This document shows, one piece after another, positions 12,867-26,300 of a stretch of 64,000 bases of DNA; the stretch's first letter is position 1; each line of letters begins with the position of its first letter. A model generated the notes under the pieces. The model did no database searches. It worked only from the letters and a program-made list of their open reading frames with translations, and was not told where the DNA came from. A program made the translations under genes and the position numbers. Source of the DNA: Mobula hypostoma (taxonomy: Eukaryota); NCBI RefSeq assembly GCF_963921235.1, contig NC_086108.1:84508001-84572000 (forward strand), given 5' to 3'.

Positions 12867-13114
12867 AATTGGCAGTCAGCATTAAAGCAACACACATTGT
12901 TTGTAAATTACCATATAGTAAACCAATGCTAACAATTAACACCTGATTTCTTTATGCCCAACACAACATAAATGAAGCATATGGCCCTCAATCAAGCAAC
13001 AAGCCCATCTAATATTTTTACTTTTCAAATCCCAATATTAGTTCATGAACATAGTATCAATTACAAATCAAAACAAATTATTGGCTGTAGGTAAGAGTAC
13101 AAATAAGAAAACAC

Positions 13115-13440
13115 CTACTTCTTCCCTCAGGGAGAAGGCTCAGGAGCTTGAAGACTCGTATGGCCAGATTTGGGAACAGCTTCTTTCCAACTGTGATAAG
13201 ACTGCTGAACAGATCCTGACCCGGATCTGGGCTGTACCCTCCAAATATCCGGACCTGCCTCTCGGTTTTTTTGCACTACCTTACTTTCCCTTTTCTATTT
13301 TCTATTTATGATTTAAAATTTAAATTTTTAATATTTACTATTGATTTGTACTCCAGGGAGCGCGAAGCGCAGAATCAAATATCGCTATGATGATTGTACG
13401 TTCTAGTATCAACTGTTGCGACAATAAAGTATAAAGTATA
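13115..13440 (+). mobile_element. Rex1-type LINE 3' end/UTR
   Basis: Has a ...NSFFPTVIRLLN-like remnant and a caataaagtataaagtata tail. Homologous to 37030-37408. Confidence 0.75.
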
Positions 13441-15169
13441 CCCCTCTCAATATTTTCTCCACAGTACCTATATTTGGCAGTCATGCAACATCTTACAGTA
13501 AGAAAACATCATTTCCTTGGAGATTTCATCTAGCTGCCATCAGAAAGTTTCCAGATGTAATGCCTAGTTTGTACTGTAGTCTCACTGAGGCACTGGTACA
13601 ATGGTACAAAATGGCTTGCCAAGAAAAGAAAGAATCCTACATGATGGACAATACATACGTGTGGATACATGAGAACAAGGTCACAGTGAAGCTCTCCACA
13701 ATCAACGAGAACAATAGTAGCCAAATTCCCTCTAGAATAACGCCAGAGTGGCAGGTTATTTGATCAGCTGGCTGTTGACAAAACATAGCTAATACAAAGA
13801 CATGATTCAATCATTTCGGCGGTGGGGGGGCAGAAAAAATGGAAAAGCAATTTTCCAGTTCCAAAGTTACTTCCCTATACTGTATCTATACTACTGTGTA
13901 CTGCTCAAAAAAAATTTCAAATGTAATTATCGTTGATAAATTCACGAAAGGTGGCAATAAGAATCAAAACTCAGAAAAGGTCAACTGTTCATAAAGGGAC
14001 AAAAATAGCGATAAAAAGAAATTCCAGGACTGGCTCCGAGAACATAGAAAAGTACAGCACAGTACAGATCACCACGAGATACCAGCCTCCAAGCAGAATA
14101 TGCTTCATCTACCACCATTTTTTTTACTGTGGCCCAGCCAATTCTGAATCCATGCTGCCAAGTTTCCCCGGATCCCATGCATCATGACTTTCTGAACAAA
14201 TTTTCCATGGGGAACCTTTTCAAATGCCTTATTAAAATCCACATGCACCACATCTACCACTGCAGCTTCCTCAATATATTTTCTCGCTTTCTCAAAAAAA
14301 TTCAATTCATTGAAGTCCAACCCAACATGCTGATTTATATTTCACTTTCAGGAGCAATTAATATGAGACACATATATGGTTTTACTTCAGAAAGCTTTAT
14401 TTTGTGGTTTTACATTTGAAGTGTGCCTTCTCCCTGAAGGTTAAGGAAATTTGGCATGTCTGTATTGATCATCACCACTTTTTATAGATGCATTATTGAA
14501 AGTAACCTACCTGAATGCATCTCTGTTCCACTAAATGACTCTCTGTTCCTCGTCAATCCTGGTTAGGTACATGGTGCTTAGAAAAACAGAGGGCTATGGG
14601 TAAACCTAGGTAGTTCTAAAGTAAGGACATATTCGGCACAGCTTTGTGGGCCGAAGGGCCTGTATTGCGCTGTAGGTTTTCTAAGTTTCTATCACCGCAT
14701 GGTAATTACAACTGCTCTGACCAAAATTGCAGAGCTGTTTATGCAGCTCAGTCCATCATGAAATCCAGCCTCTCTTCCATTGACTCTCCCTACATTTCTC
14801 GCTGCCTTGGAAATGCAGCCAGCTTAGTCAGAGACCCCTCCCGTCTTGGACATTCTCTCTTCTTTCCAACCCCCTCCCCCAAAACCCTCATTCAGTCAGA
14901 AGAAATGAAAGCATGAAAACACGCATCACCAGGTTCAAGTACAGCTTCCCTCCGACCATCGCACAACTCTTGAAAGGAGAAACTGGACTCTTCACCTCAC
15001 AATCTACCCGGTATGACCCTGGCACCTTGTTGTCTACCTACACTGCACTACCTCAATAACTGTAACACTACCTTCTGCAGTCTGTTACTGCTTTGTTCTT
15101 GTTCTTCCTCGAAGTATTTATGCTTTTGAAATGATCAGTGTGGAGGGCTTGCAACACTGAGCTTCTTAT

Positions 15170-15505
15170 AAACAAGAGAAACTCTGCAGGTGCTGGAAAT
15201 CCAAGCAATAAACACAAAATGCTGCAGGAACTCAGCAGGCCAGACAGCACTACCAAAATACAGAGAGGACTCTATCAGAGTCCCCTTTTCCAGCCCTGTA
15301 CGTCTTTCACCAATCAACTTCCCAGCACTTCATCCCATCCCTTCCCAGTTTCACCTATCACTTTATGTTTCTCTCTCCCCTTCCCACCTTTTAAATCTAT
15401 TCCTCATCTTTTTTTTCCTCCAGTCCTGCCAAAGGGTCTTGGCCTGAAACGTACTTTTTTCCATAGATGCTGCCTTGCCTGCTGAATACCTCCAGAATTT
15501 TGCGA
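15170..15505. mobile_element. PLE terminal-repeat remnant with two pieces in inverted orientation
   Basis: 15170-15250 matches the PLE end on the minus strand. 15280-15505 matches it on the plus strand and includes a degenerate hammerhead (cagtcctgccaaagggtcttggcctgaaacgt). Confidence 0.75.
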
Positions 15506-16007
15506 GCTTTTTATTGTATCTTTGTACATGTGCCAATAAGAAACCAATACCAACAAATCCAGAATCTCATTTGTGGAGGTGTGCTAATCAAATGGTTGAA
15601 ATAACTTAATGGAGGCCCAGACTAATTTCGAAGAGTCCACTAAGTGCCTTCACACACTCCAGAACAGCCTGTTACCATGCTGAACACTAAAGAAATTCGA
15701 ACAATGTTCTAAAGAAGCTGCTGATAAAAGAACACACAGGAACCGAAACATTCCACTGAATGTGATGCCTAACATTATTAACAATTCCTGTAAACTGGAA
15801 TAGAGGTCACTGGTATTGTATAGTTAAAACATGACACAAAAGCAGCAGTTATTAGTTCAAAAAGTTGTTAGGTAACAGCTGTAAAAATAAAACAGAGTTT
15901 TTCATTTCTACACAAAATATGAATGTCCGATGAGTGAAATATAAACTGCAAAATGCAAATATTAAGCATTTTATATTTAAAGTGCATATACTGAAACATA
16001 AACAGAC

Positions 16008-16680
16008 CCACACTGTAAAGAGGAATCTCACCTGGTCCAGGAACACCACTGGGATTGCGAAACGGGCCCAGCAGAGATTGCACTTTCTGAGGAAGCTTAA
16101 ACAAGCATCACTCCCCACTAACATCTTAACTACATTCTACAGAGGCGTGGGTGAGAGTGTGCTGACCTTTTGCATCACAACCTGGTACTCCAGCTGCAGT
16201 GCTGTCGACAAAAAAGCCTTGCAGAGGGTGGTTAGGGGAGCAGAGAAGGTTATTGGGGTCTCCCTACCTTCTGTCCAAGACCTCTTTCAGAGTCGATGCC
16301 TCCAGAAGACACGGTACGTCATTAAAGACCCCTCACACCCTCTCCATGAACTGTTTGTTCTTCTGCCATCAGGCAAATGTTACAGGAGCATCAAAACTAA
16401 AACCACAAGGCTACTAAACAGCTTCCTCCCACAAGCAGTCAGACTGCTAAATAGCTGCTCCACCTGACTCTGCTTGGATACTTTTAACTTGCACTGGACA
16501 CTTATAACTTGATTTTAACTGACATGTGGCTGTTGTGTTTTACCATTTATTGTTATGTTTATTATTTAGTGTTGTGTTTGTTATGTTCTGATTACACTGC
16601 TCCTGAGAAACACTGTCTCATTCTGCCCTGCAGAGCTGATGTATGGTTAGAATGACAATAAAGTTTTTTGAATCTTGAAT
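16008..16680 (+). mobile_element. Rex1/Babar-clade LINE 3' fragment
   Basis: ORF 15934..16467 has LTWSRNT...KRAQQRLHFLRKL...DPSHPLHELFVLLPSG...NSFLPQAVRLLN. Tail is aataaag...gaatcttgaat. Confidence 0.9.
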
Positions 16681-18205
16681 AGAAATGGTGGATCATCTCA
16701 AAAAATTACAAACAAACCAGGATTCACTGTTCTCTTTTATTCGTCACGTACTGAATGTTTCCCACTGCATTTGTGTTTTACAAAACCATTTAAGGATACT
16801 GTATGCAAATGTATTTGGTAAAACAGCCAAAGACTATGACATATTTACGTGTATTTCAAAGTTTGCAGATTCAAGGGAATAGGACTGGTGCTGCTCTGTG
16901 GTGTGATATTTTTTCTTCATTCACTTTTAAGTAGTGTTCAAGTATAAAGCTTAATTTAGATTTATCTGCTACTCTCTCATTCCTCATTGTTAATTCTCAT
17001 GTTAACTATCTTGTTATCTCGTCCTTGTAGGGAGCTCAGACCTGAAAAGTCAACTGCAGTCTCTGAGTTAACATTCCGAAACCACAGCTGTAATTATGTG
17101 GTCAATTGTTGCAATGTTGTATTGAACCTGACCTGTATGCAAATGCCATCACTGTATCCACATCACTCAACCGCCTGCACTCTGCGATAATGAGGCAGTT
17201 GATTTTGCTTTTAGATACACATTCACCACAAACCAGCAACATGCAACACAAATGATAATCCTGTGATAATCCTAGGGTCTTCAACTGTGAAATTCCTTCA
17301 ACCATCCCCAAAGACGAAATTGCCAAATGGGATGAGGAGAAAGAGGGAGATAGGTGAGGAAAAAGCAGATAGGCAGAGGATTGAATACCACTGCTGCGCA
17401 ACGAATACTGGAGAGTTAATCACAGTTACCCCAAAGTAATTTGACAGTGAATCATACATATGATCAATATTTTGAGATAAAATCTTTTGTGCTTTCCTAT
17501 GACATGAATCCATTCAGCCCATCGAGTCTCTCAGAATATTCCCTTCATAGAACAATAGGACACTACAGCACAGAAAACAGGCCATTCGACCCTTCTAGTC
17601 TGTACCAAAACATTATTCCGCTAGTCCCATTGATCTTTATCCAGTCCATAACCCTCCAGACCTCTCCCATCCATGTATCTCTCCAATTTACTCTTAAAAC
17701 TTAAGAGTGAGCCCGCATTTACCACGTCAGATGGCAGCTCGTTCCACACTCCCACCACTCTCTGAGTGAAGAAGTTCCCCCTAAACCTTTCTCCTTTCAC
17801 CCTAAAGCCATGTCCTCTCGTATTTATCTCTCCTAATCTAAGTGGAAAGAGCCTATTCACATTTATTCTGTCTATACCCCTCATAATTTTGTAAGCCTCT
17901 ATCAAATCTCCCCTCGTTCTTCTCCACTCTAAGGAATAAAGTCCTAACCTGTTCAATCTTTCCCTGTAACTCAAGTCCTGAAGAGCCAGCAACATCCTAG
18001 TAAATTTTCTCTGCACTTTTTCAATTGACCAGAACTATACTCCAAATTTGGCCTCACCTATGTCTTATACAACCTCCCCATAACATCCCAACTCCTATAC
18101 TCAATACGCAAACATGAGGAAATCTGCAGGTGCTGGAAATTCAACCAAAACACACAAAATGCTGGTGGAACGCAGCAGGCAAGAAAGAATCTATAGGAAG
18201 AAGCA

Positions 18206-18243
18206 CAGTCGATGTTTCAGGCCAAGACCCTTCGTCAGGATTA
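18206..18243 (-). ncRNA. Minimal hammerhead motif, partly degenerate
   Basis: Reverse strand reads UAAUC CUGACGA AGG gucuugg CCU GAAAC AUC GACUG. Confidence 0.6.
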
Positions 18244-19302
18244 ACTGAAACAAGAGACAGTAAGAGATTTGAAAGTGGGAGGGGAAGATCCATAATGATA
18301 GGAGAAGACAGGAGGGTGGGGGATGAAGCTAAGAGCTGGAAAGTTGATTGGCAAAAGGGATACAAGGCTGGAGAAGGGAGGGGATCATGGGACGGGAGGC
18401 CTAGGGAGAAAAAGGGGGAGGGGAGCGCCAGAGGAAGATAGAGAGCAGGCAAGGAGTAATTGTGAGAGGGACAGAGAGAAAAAAGAGAGATAGGAAGAAA
18501 AGGAAAAAATAAAAAAACAATGAATAAATAAATAAATAAGGGATGGGGTAAGAATGGGAGGAGGGGCATTAACGGAAGTCAATGTTATGCCATCAGGTTG
18601 GAGGCTACTCAGACGGAATATAAGGTGTTGTTCCTCCAACCTGAGTGTGGCTTCATCTTGACAGTAGAGGAGGCCGTGGACTGACATGTCAGAATGGGAA
18701 TGGGACGTGGAATTAAAATGTGTGGCCACTGGGAGATCCTTCTTTCTCTGGTGGACAAAGCGTAGATGTTCAGCGAAACGGTCTCCCAGTCTGCGTCGGG
18801 TCTCGCCAATATATAGAAGTCCGCACTGGGAGCACCGGACGCAGTATATCACCCCAGCCAACTCACAGGTGAAGTGTCGCCTCACCTGGAAGAACTGTCT
18901 GGGGCCCTGAATGGTGGTGAGGGAGGAAGTGTAAGGGCATGTATAGCACTTGTTCCGCTTACAAGGGTAAGTGCCAGGAGGGAGATCGGTGGGAAGGGAT
19001 GGGGAGGGGGGGACAAATGGACAAGGGAGTCACGTAGGGAGCAATCCCTGCAGAAAGCAGAGAGAGGGGGAGGGAAAGATGTGCTTAGTGGTGGGATCCT
19101 GTTGGAGGTGGTGGAAGTTACGGAGAATTATATGTTGGACCCGGAGGCTGGTGGGGTGTAGGTGAGGACAAGGGGAACCCTATTCCTAGTGGGGTGGCGG
19201 GACGAAGGGGTGAGAGCAGATGTGCGTGAAATGGGAGAGATGCGTTTGAGAGCAGAGTCGATGGTGGAGGAAGGGAAGCCCCTTTCCTTAAGAAAGGAAG
19301 AC

Positions 19303-20629
19303 TTTTTTAGGTACCTTCAAATACGAAATTATGTTAACCAGAGTTGTAGATATACAGACCTATCAACAGTAGAATTAGAATTTTTCAAGATTCTGAATTC
19401 AGCTTGCAGTTTAATACCTAGTAAATCAGTTTCTCGCCTATATAATGCACTCTCCCATGCTAAAAATGTAAATACACTGTATATTAAAGAGAAGTGGGAG
19501 AAAGAAGCGGGGTTGGTACTTTCAGAGGAGGCTTGGGGGAAAATCTGCAGCTTTCAATGGTCCTCGACTAATTCTTTGACTTGGAGAGAACATTGTTGGA
19601 AAAACATTATAAGATACTTCAAGACCCCATATCAGGAAAAATATAAAGATACAAATGTGATGTGTTGGAGAAGGTGCGGCTCCAAGGAGGCAAATCATTT
19701 TCATATTTTCTGGGATTGCCCTAAATTAAGTCTATTTTGGGAAGGTATTCATAGAACATTAGTTAAGGTACTTAGGTCCCAGATACCTCTGAACTTTGAG
19801 ACGCTCTATTTGGGGCATGTATTGTTCCTTGAACAGAAGGAAGATATAAAGTTGCTGCAGGCCCTCTTAGCGGCAAGTAAGAAATCAATCACTAGAAAAT
19901 GGCTAAATCCAATACCACCTACATTAGAAGATTGGTACGAAATTATCTTGGAAATATTTAAAATGGAAAAGTTGACCTACTCCCTGAGAACTCAAAAAGA
20001 AACATTTTATCAAATCTGGAATAAATGGATTGAATATATAACCCCAATGCGAGCAGACTTTAGATGACTCTCCTAATGATTTATATTGCTCTTCTCATCA
20101 ACACAGTAATATTGCTAACGTAAGCACCCCTAGTCTAAATGTTTGTTGTTTTTTTTATGGAAAATAGAGAATTTTCACAAGTAAAGGGAAAGATTTGGGA
20201 AAGGGATAAAAAAAATGAAAAAATTAAGTAAATAAGTACATAGGGATTGGATAATTATGTCTGCGGGCAGGAACAAGCATGAACAAATTGGGATATAAAC
20301 ACCTACAATGGTTGGTATATAGGCTTGTATGCAACATTTTGGACCAGTGGAAATGGTCCAGAAGGGTTGTATGGAAACTATTATTACCATTTTTCTTAAC
20401 AACTAATTTCATTATTTAGCCTAATAGGTTAGATTTACCACAGTACATAATTATCTATTTAAATGTTTATTTTGCTTTTATATCATCTCAATGTGTACTT
20501 AAGAATGTATAAATAATTGTAGTTTTATACATATAAAAAAATGGAAAAGGTTATATGTGTGAAAAAAGTACATGATAATTGTGAACTCCTTATCCAAATA
20601 AAAATAAAATTTAAAAAAAAGAAAAAAAA
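19303..20629 (+). mobile_element. 5'-truncated L1-clade LINE (second family) with poly(A) tail and 13-bp TSD
   Basis: Encodes DFFRYLQIR...CWRRCGSKEANHFHIFWDC (ORF2 C-terminus). Ends in AATAAA plus an A tail. TSD aagaaaggaagac at 19290-19302 / 20630-20642, at a TT/AAGA site. Confidence 0.95.
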
Positions 20630-21302
20630 AAGAAAGGAAGACATTTCCTTGGTCCTGGAATGAAAGGCCTCATCCTGAGAGCAGATGCTATATACTCAAT
20701 ACTTTGATTTATGAATGCCAGGATGCCAAAAGCCTCCTTTACAACCCTATCTACCTGTGACGCCGCACTTCTCAGTGCCCTACCTCTTTCTCTACCCAAT
20801 TCATTCTCACAGATGCACCAAACTCCTCCTGACTCTACCACCACCTACCCATGACAGGAACAATCAACACAAACTAACCTACCTAGTGGCTCCACACTGG
20901 GATGTGTCAGGAAAACATAACACCCTGGGGCAAAACTCATGAGGTCGCAGGGATAAAGTGCATAGTCCACACAGGCAACACTCCATGAGCGATGTGGCAC
21001 CAGCGCTGACTGCTGCAGAGTGGTGCTGCAATCAATGCCACATCTTACTGCACAATATTAGCACCTGGTTATCTGACACAACACCACAGGGACCCAACCG
21101 TCTGAAAAAGCAGTAGCTGTGGATACTATCTGTAGCTGAGGAGAAAGGAAACAAAACACGCTCGGGAATACTCAACATGTCGGGGGGAGGGGGAGGGAGG
21201 GGGAGGGAGAGAGTAAAGAAAGAAAGAATGGGTTAACTTTTCAGATTAATAGCCCATTACCAGAACTGAAAAAGAAAGCAAAAAAACTTTTAAGTTACAA
21301 GG

Positions 21303-21546
21303 GGCACTTCTTTACTCAGAGAGTGGTAGCTGTGTGGAACGAGCTTCCAGCAGGTGGTTGAGGCAGGTTTGATGTTGTCGTTTAAAGTTAAATTGGATAG
21401 ATATATGGACAGGAAAGGTATGGAGGGTTATGGGCTGAGTGCAGGTCAGTGGGAATAGGATAGGGTAGGAATTCGGCACCGACTAGAAGGGCCGAGATGA
21501 CCTGTTTCCATGCTGTAATTGTTATATGGTCATATATGGTTATATG
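21303..21546 (+). mobile_element. CR1 3' end
   Basis: Has a ttctttactcagagagtggtagctgtgtggaacgagcttcca (FFTQRVVAVWNELP) remnant and a short tandem tail. Confidence 0.8.
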
Positions 21547-21685
21547 GGAAACAGAACAAATGGAAGTCTGCAATGGTTGGGAACCAAGTTTGCTTCAGCA
21601 ATTCTGAGCAAAAGGAGAACAAGCTATCTAACCAGACTGATCTCTGGAGAACCGTGAAATTGGAGGACAATGGAAGAGGGGAAAG

Positions 21686-21818
21686 CAAACACGAGAAAAT
21701 CTGCAGATGCTGAAAATTCAAGCAACACACACAAAAAAATACTGGTGAACGCAGCAGGCCAGGCAGCATCTATAGGAAGAGGTACAGTCAACATTTCGGG
21801 CCGGGATCCTCCGTCAGG
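21686..21818 (-). mobile_element. Solo PLE terminal-repeat fragment with a degenerate hammerhead
   Basis: gcaaacacgagaaaatctgcagatgctg...ggtacagtcaacatttcggg matches the other copies. Confidence 0.85.
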
Positions 21819-22389
21819 GGAAAGCAATACCAGATAGGAACTGTGAGGTGCAGAATCTCACTTTTCCAACATTGTGTGCTTTCCTTCTGTCTGCCTTCAT
21901 TTATCCATTTTCAGGGTGATCAGCGAAGAATACTTGCTGGTAGGCAGAGAGCTGATGATCTGAGAGGCTCTTTCTGTGCTCTATGATCCAGTTACTCTGA
22001 AAGCAAATGTGTCATTCGAATAATCTCGGTCTCTACTCCCAAGGACATCCTCTTCATTGTTTCCATTCCCTTCTCTCTCTCCTCCACCGCTCCCTCCCCA
22101 AATTAAATCAAACTTATTTTCTCATTTTTCTATCAGCCTGATGTGCTTACTCTAATCTCTTATTAGATGCTGCTTTACTTGCTGTGTATCCTCACCATCT
22201 TCTCTTTTCATTCCTGATCTCATGTCACGATAATTTCTATAGTTTCTGTTGAAACAATCCAGTCCAATTCAGTCATGGATTATGGAAACAAGTCCTTCAG
22301 CTCAATTCAGCCATGCCAACCAAGGTGATCATCTAAACTAACATTATTAGCCTGTGTTTGGCATGTATCCCTTTCAACCTTCCCTATTC

Positions 22390-22810
22390 AGGAACAGTAT
22401 ACTACTAATGGCAAGATCCTAAAAAGCGTTGATGTGCAGAGGGATCTTAGGGTCTATATCCACAGCTCCCTGAAAGTTAACATGGTGGGAATGATGGCAT
22501 ATGGATTACTTGCCTTATCAGTCCAAGCATTGAATTCTAAAGTCTGGAGCTTATGTTGCAGCTTCTTAAATCTTCAGTTAGGCTGCATCTGGAGTACTGC
22601 ATTCAAATCTGGTGGCCCAATTATAGGAAGGCCATGGATACTTGGCAAGGGTGAAGATGAGGTTTACAAGAATGTTGCCACAATGAGAGGTTCGACAAAC
22701 TTCACTTGTTTTATAAAATTCTGAGAGGCACTGATAGAGTAGATTGATAGCATATATTTTTTCCAGGATCAATATGTCTAATATTAGAGAGCATCCATTT
22801 AAGGTGCATC
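22390..22810 (+). mobile_element. Degenerate CR1 fragment
   Basis: QRDLRVYIHSSLKV and LEYCIQIW-like remnants. Confidence 0.7.
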
Positions 22811-23301
22811 TCAAATTACAAGGAATTGGAATTAAATTAATTTGGAAGGTGGATTGGAACCAGAGTGAGGATGATGCAGTGTTTAATGAGACTCTGAGGA
22901 AGAACAGGCAGATGATCGGTCAAAATTGTAGTCAGTGGGATGGATTGAAGTGTAAAACAGGCACAAAATCAAAAAGGGTGATGAATACATGACTGAAATT
23001 GTTATAAATGCATGCACACAGTACACAGAATAAGGTAGATACAGCACAGTCAGAGATTGGCAGGTACGACATTGTGGGCATCACTGGGTTGTGGCTGAAA
23101 AAAGATCATAGTTGGGAGCTAAACATCCAAGGATACACTTTGTATTGAAAGGACAGATGGGCAGGCAGAGAAGGTGGGATGACTTTATTGTTAAAAAATG
23201 AATTCTAATACTTAGGAAAAGGTGACATAGAATCGGAAGATGTAGAATCCTCATGGGTAGAGTTAGGAAAATGCAAGGATAAAATGCACTGAAGGGAGTT
23301 A

Positions 23302-26300
23302 CACGATGGTGCTAAAATGTTTGTGAACCCTGTAAAGTGTTCTCTATTTCTGCATGAATATGACCCAAAATGTGATCATATCTTCACGTGTCCTAAAACT
23401 AGATAAAGAGAACCAAATTAAATAAATAACACAAAAACATTATACTTGCTCTTTTTTTTTGAGAAAAATGATCCAATATTACATATATTTGTTGGAAAAA
23501 GTATATGAACTTTTGTTTTCAGTAACTGGTATGAGACCCCCTTGTACAGCAGTAACTTACACTAGATGTTTCCGGTAACCATTGACCAGTCCTGCACATC
23601 CGCTTGGAGGAATTTTAGACCATTCCTCCTTACAAAACTGCTTCAATTCCCGGATGTTGGTGGGCTTCCTTGGATGAACTTCTTGCTACAGGCCCTTCCA
23701 CAACATTTCTATAGGAGAAAGGTCAGATTTTGACTTGGCCATTCCAAAACATTAATTTTCTTCTTTTAAACCATTCTGTTGTTGATTTACTCGTCTTTCA
23801 GATCACTATCTTGTTGCATTATCCAACTTCTATTAAGCTTCAGATGACAGACTGCTACCCTGACTTTCTCCTGTAAAATGTCTTGTTAGAACTTCAAATT
23901 CGTTGTTCCCTCAACGATTGCAAACTGTCCAGGCCTTGAGGCAGCAAAGCAGCCCCAAATCATGATGCTCCTTCCACTATGTTTCAAGGGTGGGAAGAGG
24001 TTTTGGTGGTGGTGTGTAGTGTTATTTTTCCTCCAAAAAAATAGCAATGTTCATTTCTGTCAAAAAGTTCAACTTTTGTCTCATCTGCCCACAGAACATT
24101 GTCCCAGAAGCATTGTAGAACATCCAGGAGGACTTTTGCAAACTTGAGACGTGCAGCAATGTTTTTGTTTTGGAGAGCACTGTTTCCTCCATTGTATCTT
24201 TCCATGAACACCATTCTTGTTCAGTGTTTTTCTTATAGTGCACACATAAACAGAACAAGTTCCAGAAATTTCTGCAGGTCTTTTGCTGTTAACCTTGGGT
24301 ACTTTTTCAGCTCCTTGAGTATTGCACATCATGAGTGAGTGGGCCAGTGAAGGAGTGGAGCTTTGAGGTTTTGACTTGAGAGATTCTGGCAGTTTTGGCA
24401 GTTGGACTGTGCAATCAAGTCAATCCGAGAGGTGAAGGAGTGGAGCTTTGAGGCTTTGACTTGAGAGGAGGCGGAGAACGAGCTTGCTCCCAGTTAGGCT
24501 TTACAATGCCTCCTGAGACGGTGATGTGCCTCTCATGTGAGATGTGGCAGTCTTGGGGGAACTCCCCTCTCCTGCAGAGTCACATCTGCCAGAAGTCCAT
24601 GCAGCTGGGCAATCTGGAAGACCGTGTAAGGAAACTGGAGCAGCAGCTGAATGACCTTTGACTTGTAAGGGAGAATGAGGTAGTCATAGATGACAGCTAC
24701 AGGGAGGTAGTCACACCTAGGCTGCCGGAAGCAGGTTGTTGGGTGACAGTCAGAGGGGGGAAAGCAAACGTGAGTAGACAAGTAGTGCAGAGCACCCCTG
24801 TAGCCATTCCCCTGAATAATAAGTATAACGTCCTGGATACATTTGGTGGGGACGACCGACCAGGGGTGAGCCACGGTCACAGGGCCTCCGGCACTGAGTC
24901 TGACGCTGTGGTGCAGAAGGGTGGGATGAAGAAGAGGCGAGCTGTCGTCATTGGGGACTCTATAGTCAGGGGAGCAGACAGGAGATTTTGTGGATGTGAG
25001 AAGGACACACGCATGGTTTATTGCCTCCCGGGTGCACTACATCCTGGTACGAGAGGGAAAGCAACCAGATGTTGTGATACATGTTGGTACCAATGACATA
25101 GGCAGGAAGAAGGATGAGGTCCTGAAGTGTGAGTTTCAGGAACTAGGCAGAAGGCTGAAGAACAGGACCTCAAGGATGGCGTTCTCAGGATTGCTGCCAG
25201 TGCTACGTGATAGTGATGGTAAGAACTGGAGAAGGCAGTTGAATGCATGGCTGAGGAGTTGGTGCAGGGGGCAGGGTTTTAGATTTTTGGATCATTGGGA
25301 TCTCTTCTGGGGAAGGTGGGACTGTACAGATTGGATGGGTTGCACCTGAACTCGAGGGGGAGCAATATCCTTGCAGGTACGTTTGCTAACATGGTTCAGG
25401 AGGGTTTAAACTAATTTGCAAGCGGGATGGGACCCGGAGCGATAGAGCAGTGGAAGAATGTTCTGTCAACAGTACGTTGACTGGCCAACTAGGAGGGGAA
25501 ATGCCATACTAGATCTAGTATTAGGTAACGAACCAGCTCAGGTCACAGATCTTTCAGTGGGTGAGCATCTGGGGGATGGTGACCGATGCTCCCTGGCCTT
25601 TAGCATTATCATGGAAAAGGATAGAATCTGAGAGGACAGGAAAATCTTTAATTGGGGAAGGGCAAATTATGAGGCTATAAGACTAGAACTTGCGAGTGTG
25701 AATTGGGATGTTTTTGCAGGGAATTGTACTGTGGACATGTGGTCAATGTTTAGGGATCTCTTGCAGGATGTTAGGGATAAATTTGTCCCGGTGAGGGAGA
25801 TAAAGAATGGTAGGGTGAAGGAACCATGGATGACAAGTGAGGTGGAAAATGTAGTCAGGTGGAAGAAGGCAGCATACATGAGGTTTAGGAAGCAAGGATC
25901 AGATGGGTCTATTGAAGAATACAGGGTAGCAAGAAAGGAGCTTAAGAAGGGGATGAAAAGAGCAGGAAGGGGACATGAGTAGGCCTTGACGAGTAGGGCA
26001 AAGGAAAACCCCAAGGCATTCTTCAATTATGTGAAGAACAAAAGGATGACAGGAGTGAAGGTAGGACTGATTAGAGATAAAGGTGGGAAGATGTGCCTGA
26101 AGGCTGTGGAAGTGAGTGAGGTCCTCGACGAATACTTCTCTTTGGTATTCATCAATGAGAGGGAACTTGATGACAGTGAGGACAATGTGAGTGAGGTTGA
26201 TGTTCTGGAGCACATTGCTATTAAGGGAGAGGTGTTGGGAGTTGTTGAAATACATTGGGATGGATAAATCCCCAGGGCCTGACGGAATATTCCTTAGGCT

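Larger units (their letters stand above)
18108..20690 (-). mobile_element. Penelope-like element (GIY-YIG part + terminal repeat), interrupted by an L1
   Basis: GIY-YIG ORF at 18385..18885. Highly similar to 10900-12040. Flanked by a 12-bp duplication, tatactcaatac (18096-18107 / 20691-20702). Confidence 0.95.
17545..20765 (-). mobile_element. CR1 LINE 3' fragment, split into 17545-18107 and 20691-20765 by a PLE
   Basis: ORF 17621..18016 has RERLNRLGLYSLEWRRTRGDLIEAYKI...FFTQRVVGVWNELP. CR1 sequence resumes after the duplicated tatactcaatac. Confidence 0.9.

Noticed and set aside
13530..13763. Overlapping 64-67 aa ORFs in unique sequence
   Set aside because: No recognisable domain and no convincing pair of splice sites.
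21040..21160. Strong-looking minus-strand splice acceptor (ttttgtttcctttctcctcag)
   Set aside because: The tract overlaps a decayed repeat, the donor is poor and I do not recognise the peptide.
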